Program-made: the position numbers and the translations under genes | Notes under the pieces: model-generated | Seen by the model: only the letters and a program-made list of their open reading frames with translations | Told to the model about the DNA's origin: nothing | Database searches by the model: none | NCBI GenBank assembly: GCA_964016885.1 | Contig: OZ024744.1 | Coordinates: forward strand, 103,850,001 to 103,914,000 | Direction of reading: 5' to 3' | Length of the DNA: 64,000 bases | From: Eledone cirrhosa | Lineage: Eukaryota | Part shown: positions 34,850 through 48,829 of the stretch, in pieces | How positions within the stretch are numbered: the first letter of the stretch is position 1 | Layout: each line of letters begins with the position of its first letter

Positions 34850-35910
34850 GTCAACTATATAGAGGATAGTGGCAGCAGAGTCTTTTGTAGGCTAGTGTCA
34901 ATAGAGTTAATTGTGGTACCTGGGCCTTATAAGAACTAGTACCTATAAAATTATCTCTAGTAGCTGAGCCTAATAAGCAGCAATGTCTATATATATTTGA
35001 CTGTGCTAGCTGGGAAAAATATGTACTACAGTCGAGTCTGCTTAAGAGTATACCCTCGGGAATGGAAAATAGTATACTCTTAACCGAACTATACTCTTAT
35101 CTGGACTAAGTAAAAATATTCCATAGTATTATTATTTTGAGTCTTTCAATGATTAAAAATCGCTTTATTATCGTTTTAAATGCATTTATAAGTAAAAAAA
35201 ATGAAAGTTACACCAAAAAATTCAACAAGAATTATTGCAAATTATAGATAAATTAAGCAATATTTCGACATATTGGTATGCAATTTTTATTTCCTAAAAA
35301 TAGTCCAAAATGCTTTTTAGCACTTGATTGCTCGCAATTTTTTTTTCAATCAATTCCTTCGATCTCAGACAGAGTATAATTTTCAAAACTTTCAAACGAT
35401 TGCATCATATAGGACCGTACAGTCAACAAAGCATTTATTCCTTCTTTTCCAGAGATCTAAAATATTGATAAATGATTAAAGTTATGTTAGGTACCTATGC
35501 ACATTCATATTATAAATATAAAAATAATACATACTAACCTTTCTAGTTAAATCGGTTTCAATATAATCTTCTTCTTCCTCCTCTTCTATTATCATTTTTA
35601 ATTGTTTTAAAATGGTTATGTTACATTATAAGCCCAGTTTACTTTACCGTATTCATTATACTCTTATTCGGACTAAATTATATAGAAAATATATAAACAG
35701 GAATTGATTATGCTATACTCTTATGCGAACTATACTCTTATCCGATATACTCTTAAGTGGACTCGACTGTACTGCCTATATAGTTTGAGAATAGTAGCCG
35801 GGCTTCATATATACTAATGCCTATATAGTTGACTGTAGTAACTGGGCCTGGTGTGTACTAGTAAATATATAGTTGACTGTAGTAGCTGGGCATGGTTAGG
35901 ACTATCTATA
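34850..35910 (-). repeat. Degenerate antisense monomers of the 44-bp satellite (recurs at +5357 and +10714)
   Basis: CTATATAGTTGACTGTAGTAACTGGGCCTGGTGTGTACTAGT versus reverse-complement monomer CTATATAGTTGTCTGTAGTAGCTAGGTCTGGTAGATACTAGT. Confidence 0.75.
35029..35769. mobile_element. pogo/Tigger-type MITE, copy 1
   Basis: TIRs CAGTCGAGTCTGCTTAAGAGTATA / TATACTCTTAAGTGGACTCGACTG, TA TSD, subterminal TATACTCTTA repeats. Confidence 0.9.
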
Positions 35911-35912
35911 TA

Positions 35913-36863
35913 CGAGGATGGGCTGAAAAGTTCATAGACTGGTTATAATGGAGTGAAATTTTGTATGCATTAATTTCAACTTTTCTTATTAATAACTGCA
36001 TTGTTTCTTTCCAGGTAAACTGACATCTGACTGTTCAAAGAAGAAAACTTCAAAAGCAACTAGTAGTGACTTCTCTTGAAAATGGACAAAATTTGGCACT
36101 GTGGTGTTATTAAGTACCTCAGAAAAAGGGTTTAGCACCCCAAGGACATTGCTGGTGTGATTACCATATTAAGGGATTATGCTCCAGCTTTATCAACAGA
36201 GCAAAAGTGGGCAGCTAAATTTAGGAGAGGAAGGGAGAGTCTTCATGATGACCCAAGGTCTGGATGTCCTGCAACTGCCACCACTGAGAAAAACATTGAT
36301 TGTGTTCACCACATGGTGATGGATGACAGATGATTGACCTATAAATCAAATAGCCAATGCTATTAGCACATCCCATGAGAGTGTTGAGAATATGCCACAC
36401 AATGAACTTGGCATGTCAAAGGTTTGGTATGTGCCATGTCTTCTGGCACCTGATCAAAAATACACCAGGCTGATCACATCACAGGGAAATCTGACATTGT
36501 TTGAAGCAGACACAGCTGGTTTTCTTGAACATTTCCTAACCCAGGATGAGTGTTGGATTCATCACTTTCAGCCAGAGACAAGAAGACAATCCACCTCACA
36601 TCACCTGCTCCAAAGAAGGGCAAGGTTGTTTCATCTGCAGGGAAGGTGAAGGCCTCAGTGTTTTGGAATGCAGAGGGTATTGTATTTATTGGCTATATTC
36701 AAAATGGCCATACCATCCATGTAGAATACTAAGCCAACTTGCTGAAGAAGTTACAAAAGCTATCAAGACCAAGGGGGCAGGAAAACTGATAAAAGGGGAA
36801 TTGGTTCATAAGGGAAAAACACCAGCACACAAGACCTTGGTTTCAATGGCTGCTGTGAATGAC
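35913..36863 (+). mobile_element. mariner element, 3' truncated transposase pseudogene, copy 1
   Basis: TA + left TIR CGAGGATGGGCTGAAAAGTTCATAG; MDKIWHCGVIKYL, PRSGCP, WYVPCLL, TQDECWIHH, KTPAHK; no YSPDL motif or right TIR. Confidence 0.9.
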
Positions 36864-36865
36864 CG

Positions 36866-37987
36866 TAGATATATAGACACTAGTATATACCAGACCTAGC
36901 TACTACAGACAACTATATAGACATTAGTATCTACCAGACCTAGCTACTACAGACAACTATATAGACATTAGTATCTACCAGACCTAGCTACTACAGACAA
37001 CTATATAGACACTAGTATATACCAGACCTAGCTACTACAGACAACTATATGGACACTAGTATATACCAGACCTAGCTACTACAGACAACTATATAGACAT
37101 TAGTATCTACCAGACCTAGCTACTAGTGATAACTATATAGATACTAGTATCTACCAGGTCTAGCTACTAGTGACAACTATATAGACACTAGTATCTACCA
37201 GACCTAGCTACTACAGACAACTATATAGACACTAGTATCTACCAGACCTAGCTACAAGTGACAACTATATAGACACTAGTATCTACCAGACCTAGCTACT
37301 ACAGACAACTATACAGACACTAGTATATACCAGACCTAGCTACTAGTGACAACTATATAGACACTAGTATCTACCAGACCTAGCTACTACAGACAACTAT
37401 ACAGACACTAGTATATACCAGACCTAGCTACTAGTGACAACTATATAGACACTAGTATCTACCAGACCTAGCTACTACAGACAACTATATAGACACTGGT
37501 ATCTACCAGACCTAGCTACTAGTGATAACTATATAGACACTAGTATCTACCAGACCTAGCTACTAGTGATAACTATATAGACACTGGTATCTACCAGACC
37601 TAGCTACTACAGACAACTATATAGACACTGGTATCTACCAGACCTAGCTACTACAGACAACTATATAGACACTAGTATCTACCAGACCTAGCTACTACAG
37701 ACAACTATATAGACACTAGTATCTACCAGACCTAGCTACTACAGACAACTATATAGACACTGGTATCTACCAGACCTAGCTACTACAGACAACTATATAG
37801 ACACTAGTATATACCAGACCTAGCTACTACAGACAACTATATAGACATTAGTATCTACCAGACCTAGCTACTAGTGATAACTATATAGACACTAGTATCT
37901 ACCAGACCTAGCTACTAGTGATAACTATATAGATACTGGTATCTACCAGACCTAGCTACTACAGACAACTATATAGACACTAGTATC
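36866..37987 (+). repeat. 44-bp satellite block 1 (~26 monomers; array continues to the LTR at ~38028)
   Basis: Unit AGACACTAGTATCTACCAGACCTAGCTACT(ACA/AGT)GACAACTATAT. Confidence 0.95.
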
Positions 37988-38027
37988 TACCAGACCTAGC
38001 TACTAGTGATAACTATATAGACACTAG

Positions 38028-39956
38028 TGTGGGTATGGTGTGGCGTGCGGTGGCCGGGGGCGGGGGGAGGGGGGGAGTGCTTGACCGGAAGGGGTTTTTG
38101 AGTGCTCGACCGGAAGGGGTCTTTGACCGGAAGGATGCTCAACTGGAAGGGCCAGGAGAAGGCCTCTCTCTAGTGGTGACCAGCATACGGTGAGGACGCG
38201 TTTTGGGCAGCTCCCGGTGTTAAGCAGTCGGACACACGTGGAAGAGGAGTACCTGCAGTGGAATTTAGCGGCGCCTGTGAAAAGCGGTAAGTGAGATAGC
38301 TTTTTCTAACCACAAGCTATTTCGGCGACTGAAAAAAAAAAAAAAAAAAAAAAAAGAAAACACTTGCCGCAAAACAAATCAGAAGATGGCGACAAGTCTA
38401 CGGATGAACGAAGCTATCAGGCCATTCACTGGGGAAGGTGATGCTGTCACTTGGCTGCGGAAGGTTCGGCTGCAGAAGATAGAAGACGTGGCCGGTCTCA
38501 TTGCATTGTACCTCGAGGGCGACACGTTGGTACTCTTCCTTGAGTTGGACGAGCACAGCCAAAGAGATGTGCAGAAGATTGAGAGGCGTCTGATGGATGC
38601 ATTCGCCGAGGGACCGTTGGCGGCTTTTGTTAAGCTGGCGAGAATCAGGTGGAATGGTGAGCGCGTCGACATTTTCGCAGCGGAAATAAGGCGGTTGGCT
38701 ATGTTGGCGGGCTACCAGGCGGAATGCGAACGCACGGTGCGGTTGGCATTCATCAATGGATTTCCGGACGACATAGCGGTGAAACTGCAGCAAGGAGATG
38801 GAAATGCGTTCACTGGTGGAACAAGCCCGGATCATAGCGGAAGATGCCAAAAAGAGTGTCGCGTCGATAGCGACTACGGAGGCTCAGGACACCTGGCAGC
38901 GAAATGGTCAAAGGGAGGCAACCTCGGCATGCGGCCGTTCGCGAGAATTTAAGGGCCGCTGTTTTAGGTGTCAGGGCCCGCATATGGCTAGAGACTGTAG
39001 AGAGTCGAAGCCGGATATAATTTGCTACCGGTGTAAGCGACCAGGCCACATCGCTACTAACTGCGACCAGGGAAACGGTCCAAGGGGAACTACTGCGCCG
39101 GTAGTTGCCCTTGGACCGTTAGCGGCGCTGCCGGTGGTGGAAGTCTTCGTGAGGGGGAAGCCACAGCGAGCCCTCGTGGATACGGGCTGTACGACGACAC
39201 TGGTGACCGTGGGGGTGGCGCAGAGGTGGGGAGGGAAGAGCAGCGTAAGGGCAGTCGACGGCAGGAAAATTGAATGCCGAGGTCGCAACGAGATGGAAAT
39301 AGCGGTACGGGGAAGGACGATAAGGCTTTCCGCCATCGTGGTAGACAGTGTGGTGGATGGGATCGGCGTGGTTATGGGCATGGACGCGATTGGCCGTCTA
39401 GGGGGCGTCACGGTGGATAATGTCGGTGTGTCGTTTGGCGCCGCTGCATCGGTATGCGCTGTGAGTGAACGTCATGAGAACCAGAAGGCCCACGAGGAGG
39501 AATACCCCGCTTACACTGTACAGGACAAGGACTTCAAGGCCGTGTTTGATGGGCAGCGATGGGTTGTTGAGTGGTACTGGAAGGGAGAACCACCAACACT
39601 GAAGACCAAAGTGGGCTGCTATCAACACACATTGAAGGGAAACGCTAGGGGCGAGTTCGAGCGAGAAGTAGAGAGATGGCTCGAAGAGGGCATACTGCTT
39701 CCCTGGAAGGAGGAGGTGAAGTGCGGAGTATTGCCGTTGATGGCGGTGGTGCAACCCACGAAGAGCAAGGTGAGGCCGGTGCTGGACTATCGAGAGCTGA
39801 ACGAGCACGTGTCATGCCACACGGGTGGCGAGGTCACGGATGTCTGTGGGGAAACCCTGCGTGAGTGGAGACGCATGACGGGGGGTTCAGCGATCGTGGA
39901 TCTAAAGTCGGCTTACTTGCAGTTGCATATAGATGAGAAGCTCTGGCGGTATCAGC
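38028..39956 (+). mobile_element. Ty3/Gypsy 5' half (LTR, gag, PR, partial RT), copy 1
   Basis: LTR TGTGG...CCACA; two CCHC knuckles, LVDTG, VRPVLDYRELN; 14-bp frameshifting deletion in gag; cut at the duplication junction. Confidence 0.95.
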
Positions 39957-40385
39957 CAGACAAATTACTATCTAGAAAAAATGGCGCATTTCACACAATT
40001 TAACAGATTTATATGGATTAAAGACGAGTTAGAGTTGCAATGAAACCTGTTTCTTAATGTATTAATGTCCTCAGTGTCAGTAAACTTAACTTGATACACT
40101 GGAAATTGGAAACATGACACTGGAAACATACCTCTTGTAATAGCTAAAATTTTACAAAAATAACTTCTACCATAAGCACATAACCAAAATGTATTTAAAG
40201 TGAACAGTCAACTATATAGAGGATAGTGGCAGCAGAGTCTTTTGTAGGCTAGTGTCAATAGAGTTAATTGTGGTACCTGGGCCTTATAAGAACTAGTACC
40301 TATAAAATTATCTCTAGTAGCTGAGCCTAATAAGCAGCAATGTCTATATATATTTGACTGTGCTAGCTGGGAAAAATATGTACTA

Positions 40386-41126
40386 CAGTCGAGTCTGCTT
40401 AAGAGTATACCCTCGGGAATGGAAAATAGTATACTCTTAACCGAACTATACTCTTATCTGGACTAAGTAAAAATATTCCATAGTATTATTATTTTGAGTC
40501 TTTCAATGATTAAAAATCGCTTTATTATCGTTTTAAATGCATTTATAAGTAAAAAAAATGAAAGTTACACCAAAAAATTCAACAAGAATTATTGCAAATT
40601 ATAGATAAATTAAGCAATATTTCGACATATTGGTATGCAATTTTTATTTCCTAAAAATAGTCCAAAATGCTTTTTAGCACTTGATTGCTCGCAATTTTTT
40701 TTTCAATCAATTCCTTCGATCTCAGACAGAGTATAATTTTCAAAACTTTCAAACGATTGCATCATATAGGACCGTACAGTCAACAAAGCATTTATTCCTT
40801 CTTTTCCAGAGATCTAAAATATTGATAAATGATTAAAGTTATGTTAGGTACCTATGCACATTCATATTATAAATATAAAAATAATACATACTAACCTTTC
40901 TAGTTAAATCGGTTTCAATATAATCTTCTTCTTCCTCCTCTTCTATTATCATTTTTAATTGTTTTAAAATGGTTATGTTACATTATAAGCCCAGTTTACT
41001 TTACCGTATTCATTATACTCTTATTCGGACTAAATTATATAGAAAATATATAAACAGGAATTGATTATGCTATACTCTTATGCGAACTATACTCTTATCC
41101 GATATACTCTTAAGTGGACTCGACTG
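40386..41126. mobile_element. pogo/Tigger-type MITE, copy 2
   Basis: Copy of 35029-35769 at +5357. Confidence 0.9.
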
Positions 41127-41269
41127 TACTGCCTATATAGTTTGAGAATAGTAGCCGGGCTTCATATATACTAATGCCTATATAGTTGACTGTAGTAACT
41201 GGGCCTGGTGTGTACTAGTAAATATATAGTTGACTGTAGTAGCTGGGCATGGTTAGGACTATCTATATA

Positions 41270-42220
41270 CGAGGATGGGCTGAAAAGTTCATAGACTGGT
41301 TATAATGGAGTGAAATTTTGTATGCATTAATTTCAACTTTTCTTATTAATAACTGCATTGTTTCTTTCCAGGTAAACTGACATCTGACTGTTCAAAGAAG
41401 AAAACTTCAAAAGCAACTAGTAGTGACTTCTCTTGAAAATGGACAAAATTTGGCACTGTGGTGTTATTAAGTACCTCAGAAAAAGGGTTTAGCACCCCAA
41501 GGACATTGCTGGTGTGATTACCATATTAAGGGATTATGCTCCAGCTTTATCAACAGAGCAAAAGTGGGCAGCTAAATTTAGGAGAGGAAGGGAGAGTCTT
41601 CATGATGACCCAAGGTCTGGATGTCCTGCAACTGCCACCACTGAGAAAAACATTGATTGTGTTCACCACATGGTGATGGATGACAGATGATTGACCTATA
41701 AATCAAATAGCCAATGCTATTAGCACATCCCATGAGAGTGTTGAGAATATGCCACACAATGAACTTGGCATGTCAAAGGTTTGGTATGTGCCATGTCTTC
41801 TGGCACCTGATCAAAAATACACCAGGCTGATCACATCACAGGGAAATCTGACATTGTTTGAAGCAGACACAGCTGGTTTTCTTGAACATTTCCTAACCCA
41901 GGATGAGTGTTGGATTCATCACTTTCAGCCAGAGACAAGAAGACAATCCACCTCACATCACCTGCTCCAAAGAAGGGCAAGGTTGTTTCATCTGCAGGGA
42001 AGGTGAAGGCCTCAGTGTTTTGGAATGCAGAGGGTATTGTATTTATTGGCTATATTCAAAATGGCCATACCATCCATGTAGAATACTAAGCCAACTTGCT
42101 GAAGAAGTTACAAAAGCTATCAAGACCAAGGGGGCAGGAAAACTGATAAAAGGGGAATTGGTTCATAAGGGAAAAACACCAGCACACAAGACCTTGGTTT
42201 CAATGGCTGCTGTGAATGAC
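41270..42220 (+). mobile_element. Truncated mariner, copy 2
   Basis: Copy of 35913-36863 at +5357. Confidence 0.9.
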
Positions 42221-42222
42221 CG

Positions 42223-43384
42223 TAGATATATAGACACTAGTATATACCAGACCTAGCTACTACAGACAACTATATAGACATTAGTATCTACCAGACCTAG
42301 CTACTACAGACAACTATATAGACATTAGTATCTACCAGACCTAGCTACTACAGACAACTATATAGACACTAGTATATACCAGACCTAGCTACTACAGACA
42401 ACTATATGGACACTAGTATATACCAGACCTAGCTACTACAGACAACTATATAGACATTAGTATCTACCAGACCTAGCTACTAGTGATAACTATATAGATA
42501 CTAGTATCTACCAGGTCTAGCTACTAGTGACAACTATATAGACACTAGTATCTACCAGACCTAGCTACTACAGACAACTATATAGACACTAGTATCTACC
42601 AGACCTAGCTACAAGTGACAACTATATAGACACTAGTATCTACCAGACCTAGCTACTACAGACAACTATACAGACACTAGTATATACCAGACCTAGCTAC
42701 TAGTGACAACTATATAGACACTAGTATCTACCAGACCTAGCTACTACAGACAACTATACAGACACTAGTATATACCAGACCTAGCTACTAGTGACAACTA
42801 TATAGACACTAGTATCTACCAGACCTAGCTACTACAGACAACTATATAGACACTGGTATCTACCAGACCTAGCTACTAGTGATAACTATATAGACACTAG
42901 TATCTACCAGACCTAGCTACTAGTGATAACTATATAGACACTGGTATCTACCAGACCTAGCTACTACAGACAACTATATAGACACTGGTATCTACCAGAC
43001 CTAGCTACTACAGACAACTATATAGACACTAGTATCTACCAGACCTAGCTACTACAGACAACTATATAGACACTAGTATCTACCAGACCTAGCTACTACA
43101 GACAACTATATAGACACTGGTATCTACCAGACCTAGCTACTACAGACAACTATATAGACACTAGTATATACCAGACCTAGCTACTACAGACAACTATATA
43201 GACATTAGTATCTACCAGACCTAGCTACTAGTGATAACTATATAGACACTAGTATCTACCAGACCTAGCTACTAGTGATAACTATATAGATACTGGTATC
43301 TACCAGACCTAGCTACTACAGACAACTATATAGACACTAGTATCTACCAGACCTAGCTACTAGTGATAACTATATAGACACTAG
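42223..43384 (+). repeat. 44-bp satellite block 2
   Basis: Same monomer order as block 1. Confidence 0.95.
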
Positions 43385-45313
43385 TGTGGGTATGGTGTGG
43401 CGTGCGGTGGCCGGGGGCGGGGGGAGGGGGGGAGTGCTTGACCGGAAGGGGTTTTTGAGTGCTCGACCGGAAGGGGTCTTTGACCGGAAGGATGCTCAAC
43501 TGGAAGGGCCAGGAGAAGGCCTCTCTCTAGTGGTGACCAGCATACGGTGAGGACGCGTTTTGGGCAGCTCCCGGTGTTAAGCAGTCGGACACACGTGGAA
43601 GAGGAGTACCTGCAGTGGAATTTAGCGGCGCCTGTGAAAAGCGGTAAGTGAGATAGCTTTTTCTAACCACAAGCTATTTCGGCGACTGAAAAAAAAAAAA
43701 AAAAAAAAAAAAGAAAACACTTGCCGCAAAACAAATCAGAAGATGGCGACAAGTCTACGGATGAACGAAGCTATCAGGCCATTCACTGGGGAAGGTGATG
43801 CTGTCACTTGGCTGCGGAAGGTTCGGCTGCAGAAGATAGAAGACGTGGCCGGTCTCATTGCATTGTACCTCGAGGGCGACACGTTGGTACTCTTCCTTGA
43901 GTTGGACGAGCACAGCCAAAGAGATGTGCAGAAGATTGAGAGGCGTCTGATGGATGCATTCGCCGAGGGACCGTTGGCGGCTTTTGTTAAGCTGGCGAGA
44001 ATCAGGTGGAATGGTGAGCGCGTCGACATTTTCGCAGCGGAAATAAGGCGGTTGGCTATGTTGGCGGGCTACCAGGCGGAATGCGAACGCACGGTGCGGT
44101 TGGCATTCATCAATGGATTTCCGGACGACATAGCGGTGAAACTGCAGCAAGGAGATGGAAATGCGTTCACTGGTGGAACAAGCCCGGATCATAGCGGAAG
44201 ATGCCAAAAAGAGTGTCGCGTCGATAGCGACTACGGAGGCTCAGGACACCTGGCAGCGAAATGGTCAAAGGGAGGCAACCTCGGCATGCGGCCGTTCGCG
44301 AGAATTTAAGGGCCGCTGTTTTAGGTGTCAGGGCCCGCATATGGCTAGAGACTGTAGAGAGTCGAAGCCGGATATAATTTGCTACCGGTGTAAGCGACCA
44401 GGCCACATCGCTACTAACTGCGACCAGGGAAACGGTCCAAGGGGAACTACTGCGCCGGTAGTTGCCCTTGGACCGTTAGCGGCGCTGCCGGTGGTGGAAG
44501 TCTTCGTGAGGGGGAAGCCACAGCGAGCCCTCGTGGATACGGGCTGTACGACGACACTGGTGACCGTGGGGGTGGCGCAGAGGTGGGGAGGGAAGAGCAG
44601 CGTAAGGGCAGTCGACGGCAGGAAAATTGAATGCCGAGGTCGCAACGAGATGGAAATAGCGGTACAGGGAAGGAGGATAAGGCTTTCCGCCATCGTGGTA
44701 GACAGTGTGGTGGATGGGATCGGCGTGGTTATGGGCATGGACGCGATTGGCCGTCTAGGGGGCGTCACGGTGGATAATGTCGGTGTGTCGTTTGGCGCCG
44801 CTGCATCGGTATGCGCTGTGAGTGAACGTCATGAGAACCAGAAGGCCCACGAGGAGCAATACCCCGCTTACACTGTACAGGACAAGGACTTCAAGGCCGT
44901 GTTTGATGGGCAGCGATGGGTTGTTGAGTGGTACTGGAAGGGAGAACCACCAACACTGAAGACCAAAGTGGGCTGCTATCAACACACATTGAAGGGAAAC
45001 GCTAGGGGCGAGTTCGAGCGAGAAGTAGAGAGATTGATCGAAGAGGGCATACTGCTTCCCTGGAAGGAGGAGGTGAAGTGCGGAGTATTGCCGTTGATGG
45101 CGGTGGTGCAACCCACGAAGAGCAAGGTGAGGCCGGTGCTGGACTATCGAGAGCTGAACGAGCACGTGTCATGCCACACGGGTGGCGAGGTCACGGATGT
45201 CTGTGGGGAAACCCTGCGTGAGTGGAGACGCATGACGGGGGGTTCAGCGATCGTGGATCTAAAGTCGGCTTACTTGCAGTTGCATATAGATGAGAAGCTC
45301 TGGCGGTATCAGC
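43385..45313 (+). mobile_element. Ty3/Gypsy 5' half, copy 2
   Basis: As copy 1, with the same 14-bp deletion and junction. Confidence 0.95.
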
Positions 45314-45742
45314 CAGACAAATTACTATCTAGAAAAAATGGCGCATTTCACACAATTTAACAGATTTATATGGATTAAAGACGAGTTAGAGTTGCAATGA
45401 AACCTGTTTCTTAATGTATTAATGTCCTCAGTGTCAGTAAACTTAACTTGATACACTGGAAATTGGAAACATGACACTGGAAACATACCTCTTGTAATAG
45501 CTAAAATTTTACAAAAATAACTTCTACCATAAGCACATAACCAAAATGTATTTAAAGTGAACAGTCAACTATATAGAGGATAGTGGCAGCAGAGTCTTTT
45601 GTAGGCTAGTGTCAATAGAGTTAATTGTGGTACCTGGGCCTTATAAGAACTAGTACCTATAAAATTATCTCTAGTAGCTGAGCCTAATAAGCAGCAATGT
45701 CTATATATATTTGACTGTGCTAGCTGGGAAAAATATGTACTA

Positions 45743-46483
45743 CAGTCGAGTCTGCTTAAGAGTATACCCTCGGGAATGGAAAATAGTATACTCTTAACCG
45801 AACTATACTCTTATCTGGACTAAGTAAAAATATTCCATAGTATTATTATTTTGAGTCTTTCAATGATTAAAAATCGCTTTATTATCGTTTTAAATGCATT
45901 TATAAGTAAAAAAAATGAAAGTTACACCAAAAAATTCAACAAGAATTATTGCAAATTATAGATAAATTAAGCAATATTTCGACATATTGGTATGCAATTT
46001 TTATTTCCTAAAAATAGTCCAAAATGCTTTTTAGCACTTGATTGCTCGCAATTTTTTTTTCAATCAATTCCTTCGATCTCAGACAGAGTATAATTTTCAA
46101 AACTTTCAAACGATTGCATCATATAGGACCGTACAGTCAACAAAGCATTTATTCCTTCTTTTCCAGAGATCTAAAATATTGATAAATGATTAAAGTTATG
46201 TTAGGTACCTATGCACATTCATATTATAAATATAAAAATAATACATACTAACCTTTCTAGTTAAATCGGTTTCAATATAATCTTCTTCTTCCTCCTCTTC
46301 TATTATCATTTTTAATTGTTTTAAAATGGTTATGTTACATTATAAGCCCAGTTTACTTTACCGTATTCATTATACTCTTATTCGGACTAAATTATATAGA
46401 AAATATATAAACAGGAATTGATTATGCTATACTCTTATGCGAACTATACTCTTATCCGATATACTCTTAAGTGGACTCGACTG
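45743..46483. mobile_element. pogo/Tigger-type MITE, copy 3
   Basis: Copy of 35029-35769 at +10714. Confidence 0.9.
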
Positions 46484-46626
46484 TACTGCCTATATAGTTT
46501 GAGAATAGTAGCCGGGCTTCATATATACTAATGCCTATATAGTTGACTGTAGTAACTGGGCCTGGTGTGTACTAGTAAATATATAGTTGACTGTAGTAGC
46601 TGGGCATGGTTAGGACTATCTATATA

Positions 46627-47577
46627 CGAGGATGGGCTGAAAAGTTCATAGACTGGTTATAATGGAGTGAAATTTTGTATGCATTAATTTCAACTTTTCT
46701 TATTAATAACTGCATTGTTTCTTTCCAGGTAAACTGACATCTGACTGTTCAAAGAAGAAAACTTCAAAAGCAACTAGTAGTGACTTCTCTTGAAAATGGA
46801 CAAAATTTGGCACTGTGGTGTTATTAAGTACCTCAGAAAAAGGGTTTAGCACCCCAAGGACATTGCTGGTGTGATTACCATATTAAGGGATTATGCTCCA
46901 GCTTTATCAACAGAGCAAAAGTGGGCAGCTAAATTTAGGAGAGGAAGGGAGAGTCTTCATGATGACCCAAGGTCTGGATGTCCTGCAACTGCCACCACTG
47001 AGAAAAACATTGATTGTGTTCACCACATGGTGATGGATGACAGATGATTGACCTATAAATCAAATAGCCAATGCTATTAGCACATCCCATGAGAGTGTTG
47101 AGAATATGCCACACAATGAACTTGGCATGTCAAAGGTTTGGTATGTGCCATGTCTTCTGGCACCTGATCAAAAATACACCAGGCTGATCACATCACAGGG
47201 AAATCTGACATTGTTTGAAGCAGACACAGCTGGTTTTCTTGAACATTTCCTAACCCAGGATGAGTGTTGGATTCATCACTTTCAGCCAGAGACAAGAGGA
47301 CAATCCACCTCACATCACCTGCTCCAAAGAAGGGCAAGGTTGTTTCATCTGCAGGGAAGGTGAAGGCCTCAGTGTTTTGGAATGCAGAGGGTATTGTATT
47401 TATTGGCTATATTCAAAATGGCCATACCATCCATGTAGAATACTAAGCCAACTTGCTGAAGAAGTTACAAAAGCTATCAAGACCAAGGGGGCAGGAAAAC
47501 TGATAAAAGGGGAATTGGTTCATAAGGGAAAAACACCAGCACACAAGACCTTGGTTTCAATGGCTGCTGTGAATGAC
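46627..47577 (+). mobile_element. Truncated mariner, copy 3
   Basis: Copy of 35913-36863 at +10714; one A>G near 47298. Confidence 0.9.
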
Positions 47578-47579
47578 CG

Positions 47580-48829
47580 TAGATATATAGACACTAGTAT
47601 ATACCAGACCTAGCTACTACAGACAACTATATAGACATTAGTATCTACCAGACCTAGCTACTACAGACAACTATATAGACATTAGTATCTACCAGACCTA
47701 GCTACTACAGACAACTATATAGACACTAGTATATACCAGACCTAGCTACTACAGACAACTATATGGACACTAGTATATACCAGACCTAGCTACTACAGAC
47801 AACTATATAGACATTAGTATCTACCAGACCTAGCTACTAGTGATAACTATATAGATACTAGTATCTACCAGGTCTAGCTACTAGTGACAACTATATAGAC
47901 ACTAGTATCTACCAGACCTAGCTACTACAGACAACTATATAGACACTAGTATCTACCAGACCTAGCTACAAGTGACAACTATATAGACACTAGTATCTAC
48001 CAGACCTAGCTACTACAGACAACTATACAGACACTAGTATATACCAGACCTAGCTACTAGTGACAACTATATAGACACTAGTATCTACCAGACCTAGCTA
48101 CTACAGACAACTATACAGACACTAGTATATACCAGACCTAGCTACTAGTGACAACTATATAGACACTAGTATCTACCAGACCTAGCTACTACAGACAACT
48201 ATATAGACACTAGTATCTACCAGACCTAGCTACTACAGACAACTATATAGACACTAGTATCTACCAGACCTAGCTACTACAGACAACTATATAGACACTA
48301 GTATCTACCAGACCTAGCTACTACAGACAACTATATAGACACTAGTATCTACCAGACCTAGCTACTACAGACAACTATATAGACACTAGTATCTACCAGA
48401 CCTAGCTACTACAGACAACTATACAGACACTAGTATCTACCAGACCTAGCTACTACAGACAACTATATAGACACTAGTATCTACCAGACCTAGCTACTAC
48501 AGACAACTATATAGACACTGGTATCTACCAGACCTAGCTACTACAGACAACTATATAGACACTGGTATCTACCAGACCTAGCTACTAGTGATAACTATAT
48601 AGACACTAGTATCTACCAGACCTAGCTACTAGTGATAACTATATAGACACTGGTATCTACCAGACCTAGCTACTACAGACAACTATATAGACACTGGTAT
48701 CTACCAGACCTAGCTACTACAGACAACTATATAGACACTAGTATCTACCAGACCTAGCTACTAGTGATAACTATATAGACACTAGTATCTACCAGACCTA
48801 GCTACTAGTGATAACTATATAGACACTAG
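47580..48829 (+). repeat. 44-bp satellite block 3 (two monomers longer)
   Basis: Same unit; second half has a different variant order from blocks 1 and 2. Confidence 0.95.

Noticed and set aside
38798-40003. 401-aa ORF with novel C-terminus PDKLLSRKNGAFHTI as a fusion gene
   Set aside because: Read-through across the duplication junction; RT is cut before YIDD
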